64,000 nt of DNA from IMG/VR virus record IMGVR_UViG_3300050581_000202, one strand, 5' to 3'. The stretch comes from a virus (taxonomy: Duplodnaviria; Heunggongvirae; Uroviricota; Caudoviricetes). Positions 42,985-52,497 of the stretch are shown piece after piece (the first letter of the stretch is position 1; each line of letters opens with the position of its first letter). The notes beneath the pieces are model-generated. The model made no database searches and was not told where the DNA came from. It saw only the letters and a program-made list of their open reading frames with translations. The position numbers and the translations under genes were made by a program.

Positions 42985-43973
42985 CAGTATTGCCTCCAGT
43001 GCAGCAGGGTGAGGGCCGTGTCGCATTGGCCGCTGCTCAGCGAGTAGCCGCAGTAAGAGTTGACGGCGATGCCAAGCTGATTGGGCACGATCCAGTCCGT
43101 CCGCGAAATGCTGAGGGCCTGCACCCAGTTGTAGCCGTCCACGGAGTACGACATGACGCGGTTGTTCCCGTCGTCCGCGTACTTGAGCCACACGATGGCC
43201 GTTTCGCCAAAGTGGCAGGCCGCCGCCCCCGTGACATTGCCGCTGGAAGACGTGGGGCTGTTCCAGTTGTAGCACTGGACTTGCAGATCGCCGTTACTGC
43301 CCCCGATGCCGAGGGTGACGAGTTTCTGGCTGATTGAATCACGGAGCATCAGGCCGCCAACCCCGGTGCCGTTGTACGGCCAGGCGTGGAGCAGATACGC
43401 CATTTCGATGGTGAACGGCGGGGCGGGATAGTCCTTCACCCGGCAGCGGAGGTTGGTATTGCTGTTGACCGGCGCGACGAGAAGCGGCGCGCCTCTGTAA
43501 TCGGTGAATGTCGCCGTCCCCTGGTTCACCCACGTCGGGAAGTCGGCCGCCAGGGGAGGTGTCAGGGGCCAGATCGGGCCGAACTTCTCCCAGATCGAGC
43601 CGTTGTCACGTTCGAGGAAGATGCCATCGGTCGGCAGGAAGATGCGGCCCGGCACTCCGGCCGCCGGCCGGTTGGCGTAGGTATCGTAGGCGGCCAAGTC
43701 GTTCTGGTCATGGGCGTCCAAGGCCCCGACCGTCAAGACGTGCTTCACCGCCGCGCCGTTGCTGTGCGCCGTGGCAGGCGTCCCTTCCTGGCCGCGCGCG
43801 ACCGTCAAGGTCGTGCCGCTGACGCCCGTGACCTTCATAATCTCGCTGTCCACGAGGATGCGGAAGTCGCCGCCGGAGAAGCCCATCGCGCTGGCCACGT
43901 CAACGTCGGTTTCCGAGGCGTCAAGGTCTTCGGCGAGAGTGGTGCTGGCAAGGTTCTTGAATTGCTCGGCCAT
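42984..43973 (-). CDS. putative tail fibre / receptor-binding paralog B1
   Basis: Start MAEQFKNLASTTLAEDLD (TAATG overlap with A1). Ends in LLHWRQY. Confidence 0.55.
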   Translation of the reverse strand: MAEQFKNLASTTLAEDLDASETDVDVASAMGFSGGDFRILVDSEIMKVTGVSGTTLTVARGQEGTPATAHSNGAAVKHVLTVGALDAHDQNDLAAYDTYANRPAAGVPGRIFLPTDGIFLERDNGSIWEKFGPIWPLTPPLAADFPTWVNQGTATFTDYRGAPLLVAPVNSNTNLRCRVKDYPAPPFTIEMAYLLHAWPYNGTGVGGLMLRDSISQKLVTLGIGGSNGDLQVQCYNWNSPTSSSGNVTGAAACHFGETAIVWLKYADDGNNRVMSYSVDGYNWVQALSISRTDWIVPNQLGIAVNSYCGYSLSSGQCDTALTLLHWRQY

Positions 43974-44950
43974 TACGCTTCCCTCCAATGCAGGAAAGAG
44001 ATATTTCGGGCCAGGACATTGCTCGTCTTCCAGCTATTGGCGAAGACCCCCACTTGGTCGGCCGTAAGAAACACGGTGCGGCCCTGCGGCGCGGCCACTG
44101 GCTCCCAGTTGAATCCGTCCAGCGAGATTTTCACCGTCCGGTTGGCCCCGTCGTCCGCGAACCGAATCCACACGATACCGGATGCGACCATGCTGGCTTG
44201 CAGCACATTCGTCGAAACGGTCGTAGGGTTCGTCATTTGGGTGTAGTTGAACGTGGTCGGGTAGCTCGCCATGCCCGGACCATAGAGAAGGAGTTTGCCG
44301 GAGCCGCTTTCTCGCCAGCAAACGCCGTACTGCGCCATCGCGCTGGCGGTGGTGTAGGTCGGCGAGAGGGCCAACATGGCGACGGTGATCTCATAGGGGG
44401 TCGCCGGCGCGGTCTTGACGAGGGCGCGAATGTTCTCGCCGGACGCCACGCCGGGCGTCGAGAGCACCATCATGCCCTTGCTCATGGCCACCGTCGCGCC
44501 GCCCTGATTCACCCAACTGAAGTCGGCGCTGTCGGGAGGGGTGAAGCGGCTCAAGGGCATCATGTCCCACGACAAGCCATTGTCTTGATGCACGAATCCT
44601 TCGGTCGGCAGATAGAGCCTGCCCGCCTGCCCGGCCGCATCGCGGTTGCCGACCGCGCCGGTGGCGAACTGCTCGATGTCCCGCTGGGCCAAAGCGCCGG
44701 CCGTGAGGACGTGGAAGACGGCAGCGTCGGCGTCGTGACTGACCGCGCTGGTCCCCTCCTGCGCCCGCGTGACGGTGAAGGTCTTGCCCTGCACGGCCGT
44801 GACCAACATGATCTCGCTGTCAACAACGATGCGGAAGTTGCCGCCGGTGGGGAATCCAATGGCCGATTTGACGGTCAGGCTGAGATCGTCGCCGTCGATC
44901 CCCGCCGAGAGCGAGGAAAGGCCGCCGTTTGCGAAGCGTTCGTAGGCCAT
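43973..44950 (-). CDS. putative tail fibre / receptor-binding paralog A1
   Basis: MAYERFANGGLSSLSAGIDGDDLSLTVKSAIGFPTGGNFRIVVDSEIMLVTAVQGKTFTVTRAQEGTSAVSHD... Ends in FLHWREA. Confidence 0.55.
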   Translation of the reverse strand: MAYERFANGGLSSLSAGIDGDDLSLTVKSAIGFPTGGNFRIVVDSEIMLVTAVQGKTFTVTRAQEGTSAVSHDADAAVFHVLTAGALAQRDIEQFATGAVGNRDAAGQAGRLYLPTEGFVHQDNGLSWDMMPLSRFTPPDSADFSWVNQGGATVAMSKGMMVLSTPGVASGENIRALVKTAPATPYEITVAMLALSPTYTTASAMAQYGVCWRESGSGKLLLYGPGMASYPTTFNYTQMTNPTTVSTNVLQASMVASGIVWIRFADDGANRTVKISLDGFNWEPVAAPQGRTVFLTADQVGVFANSWKTSNVLARNISFLHWREA

Positions 44951-44992
44951 TGGGATTCCTCAAGGAGAGCAGAAGGGCGAAAGAAAGGCCGA

Positions 44993-45016
44993 GCGGGGCT
45001 TCTTGCGAAGCCCCGC
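44993..45016 (-). terminator. GC-rich hairpin (10-bp stem, 4-nt loop) followed by CUUUCUUUC on the transcript: candidate intrinsic terminator
   Basis: GCGGGGCTTC-TTGC-GAAGCCCCGC between the stop of 45041..45646 and the start of fibre paralog A1. The minus-strand downstream sequence is CTTTCTTTCGCCC. Confidence 0.5.
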
Positions 45017-45040
45017 CCGACCTGTGGCGAGGGAATACGT

Positions 45041-45646
45041 TTACGCCGAGACGGTGTACGTCACCTTCAACTGGTCGTCGGTGTTGACGGCCACGTCGCC
45101 CGTGCCGAACAGGGCCGTGGCCCAGAGGATCGCTCCGGCCGCCGCATTGTCGCCCTTCGTTTGGGCACCGGCGGCACCGCCGACCAGAAAGAGACCCTTC
45201 ACCGTGCCGCTACCGGTGATGTTGAAGACCACCGGGCTGGCGTTGGTAATCGACTGGCCGGAGGCCGCACCCTCGGTCCACTCGGGGCGGGTCGTGGCGT
45301 TGTCGCTGTTGGCGGCGTCGGTGTAGTCCGTGAACTCGGCCCAGCCGTTGCTGCCGCCGATCTGCGCGTACACGTCACCGGCTGCCAAGGCGGTGTAGCC
45401 GCTGTTGGAGATCAAGCCCAGCCACCAGGTCGTGATGGCCGAGACGCCGTGGAACATCACGTCCAGCAGCTTGTTTTTGCCCTGGTTGACGATCCCGTTG
45501 GGAAACTCGTAGTGGCCGATCTTCACGCCCTTGCGGAAGTGCTCGACCACGAACTTGCCACGGGGCTGGAGTTGGTCTTCGGCCTTGCGGGCGCGGACCA
45601 TGCTGCAACCCGCACTCTGGCCCAATTTCATCTGGCTGACACTCAT
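45041..45646 (-). CDS. putative tail-associated beta-sandwich protein
   Basis: 201 aa, Gly/Thr/Asn-rich (SITNASPVVFNITGSGTVKGLFLVGG). Located between the tape measure and the fibre array. Confidence 0.4.
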   Translation of the reverse strand: MSVSQMKLGQSAGCSMVRARKAEDQLQPRGKFVVEHFRKGVKIGHYEFPNGIVNQGKNKLLDVMFHGVSAITTWWLGLISNSGYTALAAGDVYAQIGGSNGWAEFTDYTDAANSDNATTRPEWTEGAASGQSITNASPVVFNITGSGTVKGLFLVGGAAGAQTKGDNAAAGAILWATALFGTGDVAVNTDDQLKVTYTVSA

Positions 45647-45669
45647 GGTTGTCCTCTCGATACAAAGGG

Positions 45670-48600
45670 TTACAAGGTTGCCGTACCACGCCGCAATTCA
45701 CGCCTTAGCTCAGCGGCGATGGACCGAGCCGTCTGGCGGCTGGTTCCGCCGCCCGTTACCGTCACGTTGATGTCACCGATGTTGGTGACGCTGCCGCCTT
45801 CGCTGCGGTACACCGGCTGGACGCCGGCATTGATGGCAGTCAGTTGCGCGGCGAACTTCCGCGCGGAGGCGGCATTGATAACCACCTCGCCCGGCGAGAG
45901 CATCGCCGGGATCACATCTGTGCCCTGGGCCTGGCCGCCAAGGGACAAGAAGTTCCACGCGATCCGGCCCTTGGCGGCAGTCAGGGCCGATGGCGGGGCT
46001 TGCACGCTCCACGAGGCGGCAGCCAAGTCCCACATGGCCGTGGCCGCCGCCTGGATGTCGCCGGCCAGGCTCGCCATGCTCGGCATTGCGCTTAGGGACG
46101 TTTGTGCCGCCTTCGCGCCTTCACCCATTTCGGTCGCCGCCTGGGGATTCAATTTGTCGATCAATTCCTTGAGGCGGTCGGCCTCTTGCCGGGCTTTCAG
46201 CAACTCCGCCTCCACATTGCGGGTCTGACCTTGCGGCGTCTGCAACTTCTTCATCGCCTCCGCTTGATCGGCCAGGAACTTCAAGTTGGCCATCTGGTTG
46301 GTGATGAAGGTCTGGTCCCATCCTGTCACGGTGGGCATGGCCATCACGGCGGTGGCCTTCTTCTGCAATTCCTCAAACTCTTTCAGGCCGAAGCCTTTGC
46401 CGCCGGTCTCCTGCAACTGCCGAAACTGCCCGACCAATTCTGCCAGGGCCTTTGTCTCCTTCTGGATGTCCCCGCCGCCGAGGATCGCGCCTTTGGCCTT
46501 GGCCGCCGCTTGCATCAAGAAGGTCGATGTCTTCTCCATGCCTTCCTGGTAGATTGCGTTGTTCGCGCCCAGGGCACCCACGGCCGCTTTCTGCCTAGTC
46601 GTGGCCTCCGTGAGTGTCGTTTGCTCGGCCGTGAGCTTCTTGACCAGTTCTGTCTGCTTCGCGTACTCCGCGTTCTGTCGCGTGAGGTACGCCTCCTTGT
46701 CGGGCAAAGGCATTTCTCCCAACAGCCTCTTGGCAAGGTCGGGAGAGGCGACGGGCAGCAGGACGGAGACATCCACCGGCTTCAGGCCCGCCTCGATCTG
46801 GCTGCGCAGGTCGTCAATCGCCTTCGGCGCGGCCAAGAGCTTCTGGACCTCCGCCTCCGAGACGCCGCCCTCCAAGGCCGTCTTGACCCGTTGGCTGAGG
46901 GCGTCGAACTTCAGCATCTCGTCCAGGCTGAGATCAGCCGTGCCGTCCATCCATTCCTTCTTGAAAGCAGCCATCTTCTGCTTCAAGTCTTCCGACATGG
47001 CGGCTGATTTCTTCGGGTCCACCGGGCCGCGCTTATCGAACAAGTCCAGGTCCGTGAGGATGCCCTTCATCAAGACCTTCATCCGGTCCACGCGCTCTTG
47101 CTCTTTCGCCGCCGCTTGGGCCGCGGCCGAGGCGCGGGAATCGCTGTTGCGCTGAAGTTCCTTTTCCGCGTCGATCTGCTTGCGGATGATCGACTCCACG
47201 GTGTTCGCGGCGTCTTTCCGCAGCCACTCGTTCTCCGTCCCCTTGGCGATCTGCTCGGCTTCCTGGGCGTAGGCCGTCGCCCGCTGGAAGATCGCCTGGG
47301 CCGTTCGCTCTTGGTCCGGGGTCTCCGCCTTGGCCAAGAGGCCCGCTGCTTGCTGCGCCAGTTCGAGCGCACGCCGGCCGTACATATCCGACGTGACTTC
47401 GGGCTGCTTGTAGTAGCTGTCGTACTTCTGACGCTCTTCGAGTCGTCGCTTGAAGAGCAGATCGTCCAGCTTGGCTTGCGAGTCCGCCTGGCGCTTCACG
47501 GAGTCTTCGGCCGCCTTGTTGGCGTCCTGGGCGGCCGCGCGGAACTGCTGCACGACCTTTTCGCGGGTCGAGATCATCGCCTGCATCGTGGTCCGCGAGG
47601 AGATCACCAACTCCTCATTGGTCTTTCGCGCCTGGTCCACCTGGGCGTTGTACGCCTTGCGGACCTCCGCCGTGTACTGTTCTAGGCGACGGCCCGCTTC
47701 GTCGTAGACCTTCATCTCGGCGTCCAGCCGCTCTTGGGCGGCCTTTCTCTGCGCCTGTACGGTCTCCTCAACCTTCGCACGGAAGTTCGCGTTGGCATTG
47801 TCCAGCATCGACGCCATGCGCTGATCGAGGAATTCGGTAGTCCACACCGCCATGCTCAGCGGCGCAACGACGTTGTTGAAGAGGACGCCCCCGAGGCCGG
47901 TGAATCCCGCCAACTTGGCGCGGAGCGAGAACGCCGCCAGCGCGCCGCCGGCAATCGCTAGCGGCTCGGCCAATTGGCTTGCCGTCATCGCAACGCCCTT
48001 CAGCGCGGCGGCCAACCCCTCCGCCCCGCCCGCGGTCTTCAAGAGGGTGCCAAGGAACTTGACCAGTTCCGGCCCAACCTCGGTGGCCAGCGAGACCTTA
48101 AACTTGTTCAACTCCGCCATGTACTGCTGGGCGTCGGTGGAGGTGAACGTCTTGAATATCTCGTTGAAGTTGTCCGTGAGCGTCCCGTCGCTCATCGCCT
48201 TCATGGCCTCGGCCGCTTGTTCCGCGCCCGAGCCGGTCAAACGCAACTCAGCGTTCAGGGCACGGATGTTGCGGAACATTTTGGCAGTGGCCGCCACATC
48301 CTCGTTCACGCTATCACGCAGCGCAAGGAAAGTCCCTTGCAGGCCCAGCGCATGGATCATCTGCTGACCCGTCTCATAGCCCAAACCATGCAACTCCTTC
48401 TTCAAGTCCTCGGAGGGCTTGATGAGGGCCGACATCGCCGACCGGAAGCTGGTCGCCGCCTCGGGGACGCGCATAGAGCTAATGGTCAGCGCGACCATCG
48501 AGGAATTGACTTCATCCAGGTTGACGCCCAACTCGCTGGCAATCGGCACAAGGCGACCAATCACCGGCGTCAACTCGGCACCGCGGGTACGGCCCAATTC

Positions 48601-49482
48601 GATGGTCTTGAAGAACTTGGCGGCCACCGTCTCGGCCTGGTTGGACGCCATGCCGTAGCCGTTGAGCGTGCCAGTCAAGAGCATCGCCGCCTCATTCAAG
48701 TCCATCACGCCGACCTTAGCCAGCTTCGCGGAGGCCGTCATAATGTCCGCACGTTGCTGCGCCGAGGTGAACTGGTTGGACAGCGTTTGATACACAGCCT
48801 CGGCCACGTCGGGCAGCGGGAAGTTGAACTCGCGCGAGATGTCGGCGACTTCCTTGCTCAACCCCTGGAAACTCTTGTCGATGCTCGGGGCAATGGTCTG
48901 GATTTCCGCGATTTTCGTGGAGAACTTCAATGCCTGGTCCACCGACTCTCGCAAGAGATCGCGGATTTGGCTTAGCGCACGGACGATGGCCTGGGTCATT
49001 ACCACCCGCGTCAGGGTCTCCCAGGTGACGGTCCACGCCTTGGTCTTCTCGGCAGCATCTTTCGCCGCGCTACCGGCATCCGAGCCGGCCTTCTTGCCCT
49101 TCTGCCCTGCCTCGCGCATCTTGTCCCCGGCGGCAGCCGCCGTGTTGCCAAGCTGATCCATCGTCTGGTTGGCTTTCTGGGCCTCCGCCGTTACATCGGG
49201 CGGCAGCCAGAGCTTCGAGGTGGGCGCAGCCACCGTCGCGGCGGGAGTCACTGGGCCGTTGCCCATCTTCGCCATCGAGTTGGCCAGCCGCGAGGCGGCC
49301 GAGGCCATGTCCTTCATCCGGTTCAGCGCGCCTTCCGCCTGGTTGTTCCAAGCGTTCATCCGCTCGCCGAACGTCTGGAAGGCCGTGCCCGACGATTGCA
49401 GCGCAGAGTCCAAGCGCTGAAGCTGCTTGAGAGCATCTTCGACGCTGAAGCCGAGTTTATTGACAATGGTTTCGTCGGCCAT
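45670..49482 (-). CDS. tail tape measure protein
   Basis: 1270 aa. Alpha-helical, Ala/Gln/Lys/Glu-rich coiled-coil composition with Gly-rich segments. Located between the chaperone genes and the distal tail genes. Confidence 0.85.
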   Translation of the reverse strand: MADETIVNKLGFSVEDALKQLQRLDSALQSSGTAFQTFGERMNAWNNQAEGALNRMKDMASAASRLANSMAKMGNGPVTPAATVAAPTSKLWLPPDVTAEAQKANQTMDQLGNTAAAAGDKMREAGQKGKKAGSDAGSAAKDAAEKTKAWTVTWETLTRVVMTQAIVRALSQIRDLLRESVDQALKFSTKIAEIQTIAPSIDKSFQGLSKEVADISREFNFPLPDVAEAVYQTLSNQFTSAQQRADIMTASAKLAKVGVMDLNEAAMLLTGTLNGYGMASNQAETVAAKFFKTIELGRTRGAELTPVIGRLVPIASELGVNLDEVNSSMVALTISSMRVPEAATSFRSAMSALIKPSEDLKKELHGLGYETGQQMIHALGLQGTFLALRDSVNEDVAATAKMFRNIRALNAELRLTGSGAEQAAEAMKAMSDGTLTDNFNEIFKTFTSTDAQQYMAELNKFKVSLATEVGPELVKFLGTLLKTAGGAEGLAAALKGVAMTASQLAEPLAIAGGALAAFSLRAKLAGFTGLGGVLFNNVVAPLSMAVWTTEFLDQRMASMLDNANANFRAKVEETVQAQRKAAQERLDAEMKVYDEAGRRLEQYTAEVRKAYNAQVDQARKTNEELVISSRTTMQAMISTREKVVQQFRAAAQDANKAAEDSVKRQADSQAKLDDLLFKRRLEERQKYDSYYKQPEVTSDMYGRRALELAQQAAGLLAKAETPDQERTAQAIFQRATAYAQEAEQIAKGTENEWLRKDAANTVESIIRKQIDAEKELQRNSDSRASAAAQAAAKEQERVDRMKVLMKGILTDLDLFDKRGPVDPKKSAAMSEDLKQKMAAFKKEWMDGTADLSLDEMLKFDALSQRVKTALEGGVSEAEVQKLLAAPKAIDDLRSQIEAGLKPVDVSVLLPVASPDLAKRLLGEMPLPDKEAYLTRQNAEYAKQTELVKKLTAEQTTLTEATTRQKAAVGALGANNAIYQEGMEKTSTFLMQAAAKAKGAILGGGDIQKETKALAELVGQFRQLQETGGKGFGLKEFEELQKKATAVMAMPTVTGWDQTFITNQMANLKFLADQAEAMKKLQTPQGQTRNVEAELLKARQEADRLKELIDKLNPQAATEMGEGAKAAQTSLSAMPSMASLAGDIQAAATAMWDLAAASWSVQAPPSALTAAKGRIAWNFLSLGGQAQGTDVIPAMLSPGEVVINAASARKFAAQLTAINAGVQPVYRSEGGSVTNIGDINVTVTGGGTSRQTARSIAAELRRELRRGTATL

Positions 49483-49493
49483 GAGACACCCTG

Positions 49494-50420
49494 CTAGGAC
49501 TTCACTCGCACGATACGCAGATGGGGCTTGACGGCAGGAAGGTCCACGCTTTCCGCAAACCGTAGGAAGGCCGTGGCCCCTTTGATCTGGAAGTTGTAGG
49601 GGCCGGGTTCAAGCAGCCGGTAGAACAGCGTCGGGTCGGGATCGACGTTGGCGTTGTGGTACTCGTTCCAGATCAGCCAGGGCAGTGTCGTCGTGTAGGT
49701 GAACGTGTACTCGCCGGTCTCCTTGTCCGTCGTCAGCTTGCCGTCGCTATGCGCCATACCCATCCAGGCACGGTCCATTCGTTCCGTGAACAGCCCGTGA
49801 GCCGCATTGACGGCCGCCGGCGCTACGGGCAGACTGTAGCCAATCTGCCCGGCCAGCTTCACAAACGTCGCCCGAGACGCCCCGCTCCACACCGGAATCT
49901 CCGCCAAGACCGCCTCCAGCCACTCCATGAGGCCCTGGGCAATCGCGGCCTTCAGGTGCGAATCGAGCGTGTTGCGGTAGGCCGCCACGTCGATGCGCGG
50001 GATGGAGAACTGGGCCGTGAACTTCATGGTGCCCTCCAGGTAGGCAGCCGCATTGAGCAAAGACTGCGGATCGTCCTTGAAAGCGCCCAACCCGGTGTTA
50101 CACCTATTGCACAAGAGACCACGCACTTCGCCGGTCGCGTGGTCGTGGTCAACGCAAAACTGGCCTTTTGCATTGGTGCCGGGATCAAAGCTGCCACAAA
50201 TTGCACATGCACCTCCCTGCTGCCTCAGCATCCGCTCGTATTCATCCCGGCTGAGGCCAAACTTCTTCTGAAGCTGGTAGTCCCGGCAACATTCCTTGCA
50301 CCACGGACGACCTCGGCCTCGTAACTGGGCCTTCTGATAGGCTGTACGAGGCTTCTCCTGCTTACACACCCAGCAACGCAGTGATCCAGATTCGGTCAAG
50401 CTCGTTTCACTGCTTATCAT
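49494..50420 (-). CDS. endonuclease VII-like (Endo VII) N-terminal domain fused to a ~180-aa domain of unknown function
   Basis: CAICGSFDPGTNAKGQFCVDHDHATGEVRGLLCNRCNTGLGAFKD matches the Endonuclease_7 motif (CxxC...D.DH.TG.VRGLLC..CN..LG). A C-terminal domain starts around MKFTAQFSIPRID. Confidence 0.65.
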   Translation of the reverse strand: MISSETSLTESGSLRCWVCKQEKPRTAYQKAQLRGRGRPWCKECCRDYQLQKKFGLSRDEYERMLRQQGGACAICGSFDPGTNAKGQFCVDHDHATGEVRGLLCNRCNTGLGAFKDDPQSLLNAAAYLEGTMKFTAQFSIPRIDVAAYRNTLDSHLKAAIAQGLMEWLEAVLAEIPVWSGASRATFVKLAGQIGYSLPVAPAAVNAAHGLFTERMDRAWMGMAHSDGKLTTDKETGEYTFTYTTTLPWLIWNEYHNANVDPDPTLFYRLLEPGPYNFQIKGATAFLRFAESVDLPAVKPHLRIVRVKS

Positions 50421-50582
50421 CCGCCCCTCTCTCAGAACGCCCGAAAGGCATCCTCACCCCGGCCAATTGAGCCTCCCGCTCCGCTTCGTCGTGACTTCGC
50501 AGTTGGTCGAAGGCGACGATCAAAGCCTGGGTCTCAACACCGCACTCGTCCCAGGACGGCCTGACGCCCGGCGGCCGGATAG

Positions 50583-51110
50583 CTAGCCGTTCGCAGGCCC
50601 GCCAGACAGCGAACTCGGCGGTTCGATAACTGGGCCAGAGAATTCGGGCGGCATTGGAGCTTGACCAGCAAGAAAAACCTCGCGCGCCCGTTGCAGCTTC
50701 GCGTCGTCCAGGGCATTCGCCTCCAGGACCAGGGCCAGCACGCGGTTGCACTCCACCTGGGTCAGGCCGGCGCTTTTCAGGTCTTCCTCCCACTTGGACC
50801 AGGTGCGGGGATCATTCTCTTTGACCGTATCCCACTCGATCTCGGACGGGGCCAGGGACTTGACGACCATGTAGCCAAGCCGCTTCTTCGCCCACTCGCT
50901 GAGGATTTGCTGGTAGGTGGGGTCGGTGAGATTGGGAATCCAGCCGTCTTTGGTGAACTTGCCCGGCGGCTTGGGGTTCGGGCACAGGGCCTCGAATTCC
51001 ACCATGTCGGGCAAACCCTTGGCGCGGAAAATGATCTCGCTCTCGCCGCGCGGCAGGACCAGCAGCACTTCGTTGGAGAGTGTCTTGGGGTCGATACCGG
51101 CAATCTTCAT
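50583..51110 (-). CDS. putative tail assembly chaperone (gpG-like)
   Basis: Start MKIAGIDPKTLSNEVLLVLP (ATG 51108-51110). 175 aa, acidic, positioned between the major tail protein and the tape measure. The upstream part of the ORF is junk. Confidence 0.5.
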   Translation of the reverse strand: MKIAGIDPKTLSNEVLLVLPRGESEIIFRAKGLPDMVEFEALCPNPKPPGKFTKDGWIPNLTDPTYQQILSEWAKKRLGYMVVKSLAPSEIEWDTVKENDPRTWSKWEEDLKSAGLTQVECNRVLALVLEANALDDAKLQRAREVFLAGQAPMPPEFSGPVIEPPSSLSGGPANG

Positions 51111-51232
51111 GTTGTTCCCTCGCTGAAAGGAATGAGAAAGCTGCGGTGCCGGCACCGCTGCCGGCACCGCATATCTGGCCTTCTTGAAAAAACGGCCAGA
51201 GAAACCGGCCTCAAGGGGCCAGGGAGTCGTCA

Positions 51233-51982
51233 CTACGCCGCCGCCTCGCGCTCGACGAGCGGTTCGGTCGCCTTGCACTTGCCCGTAATCGAGATCGTGG
51301 ACTCCTTGTAGTTGATCTCGCGGGTCTCCGAGCGGAAGTCGGGGAACGTCACGCGCTCAAGCTCGGACGTGCCGCAGGGCGGCGTGTGCAGGACCACCAC
51401 GTCCACGCAGTACGGCTCGCACAAGTCGCTCGACGCACTCACCCACTCCGCCGCCCCGCCGATGCCCTTCAAGGCGTCCATCGGGCTGACCGGCTCGCCC
51501 GTGCCCTGGGTGATATGCTCGAAGACGGCCTCCAGCTTCACGTCCATCGGCACTTCGTCGCCTTCCTTCACGGTGTCCAGGTTCCCCCGGTCCTTGAGGT
51601 ATTCGTACTCGTTGTGCTCGGTGTAGGTGATGTTCCCTTCCCCGATCTTGATGTCGAGGTTCTGGGGATAGAACGTCACGACCGCGCCGTCCGCGTAGGT
51701 GCCCGCCCCGAGGGCCGGCGAAAACGTGATCTCGGTCGTTGGGCCGGCGTCGGCCGGAGTGCGAGCCGTGACGGTGTGATACACCGGAGTCGTCTCGCCC
51801 GCGATCTTGAAACGCGCCCCCACGGGCACCTTGTCGGTGTCGGCCGTGTTCAGGACGATGGTGTCGATGGCAAAGCTGGTGTCGGTCGCAGCGGGCGGGG
51901 TCACGGGTTCGTTGACCGCCGCCGTGCCGCTGAGGCCGTCCTGCAAAATGACATCGCAGTCACGAAGCTCTATGCGTGCCAT
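51233..51982 (-). CDS. putative major tail protein
   Basis: 249 aa with protein-like, Thr/Gly/Val-rich composition. It follows the connector genes and precedes the chaperone. Confidence 0.45.
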   Translation of the reverse strand: MARIELRDCDVILQDGLSGTAAVNEPVTPPAATDTSFAIDTIVLNTADTDKVPVGARFKIAGETTPVYHTVTARTPADAGPTTEITFSPALGAGTYADGAVVTFYPQNLDIKIGEGNITYTEHNEYEYLKDRGNLDTVKEGDEVPMDVKLEAVFEHITQGTGEPVSPMDALKGIGGAAEWVSASSDLCEPYCVDVVVLHTPPCGTSELERVTFPDFRSETREINYKESTISITGKCKATEPLVEREAAA

Positions 51983-51997
51983 GTTTGGGTTCTCCTG

Positions 51998-52495
51998 TCA
52001 TTGGTTGGTGGAAATCTCCATCCGGTAGCGAGCGTCTACCATTGATTGCTTCAAGCGGTCGGTCGGATTGATCTGGCCGAAGTGCATCACGCGGATAGCG
52101 TCATGTCGGCCTTGGACCGGCGCGAGGCAGCCGACAAGAACGTGCTCGTCGTCGTCTGCCCCGCTTCCGTACTTGTAGACGGCGATGGCTCCATCCATTG
52201 CCTCCTGAAACACGCCGGTCTTCTGAATGATGGCGTATTGGTTCTTCTGCTCTTCGTAACGGCTCACGAACAAGACGTTCACCACGACTTCGACCTGGAA
52301 GTAGTCGCGGCTCAATTCCCTGGTGAACGGCCCCGTGATGCGCACCTCGCACCGATCCGTGGCGCTCATAAACTCCGTGGTTCGCTCGTCCAGCCCTTCA
52401 ATCAGAACGGGAAGCTGCTGCTGTTGAGCAACTTGCTTCAAGTACGTCGCCACGGATGCGAAAACCCAGCGTGCCCAGTTGGGATTGGCGGGCAT
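51998..52495 (-). CDS. putative tail terminator / tail completion protein
   Basis: Internal start MPANPNWARW (ATG 52493-52495), 2 nt after the upstream TAG. 165 aa. Confidence 0.35.
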   Translation of the reverse strand: MPANPNWARWVFASVATYLKQVAQQQQLPVLIEGLDERTTEFMSATDRCEVRITGPFTRELSRDYFQVEVVVNVLFVSRYEEQKNQYAIIQKTGVFQEAMDGAIAVYKYGSGADDDEHVLVGCLAPVQGRHDAIRVMHFGQINPTDRLKQSMVDARYRMEISTNQ

Positions 52496-52497
52496 GG

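Noticed and set aside
39006-44950. Diversity-generating retroelement targeting the fibre paralog array.
   Set aside because: No reverse transcriptase or template/variable repeat pair with adenine-specific mismatches is visible in the window. The paralogs differ along their whole length, as ordinary duplicated genes would.
50407-50793. ORF 50407..50793 as an independent gene.
   Set aside because: Its first ~50 codons are Gly/Pro/Arg-rich and overlap the chaperone gene. It is more plausibly the -1 frameshift extension of the chaperone (reported as a finding) than a separately initiated CDS.
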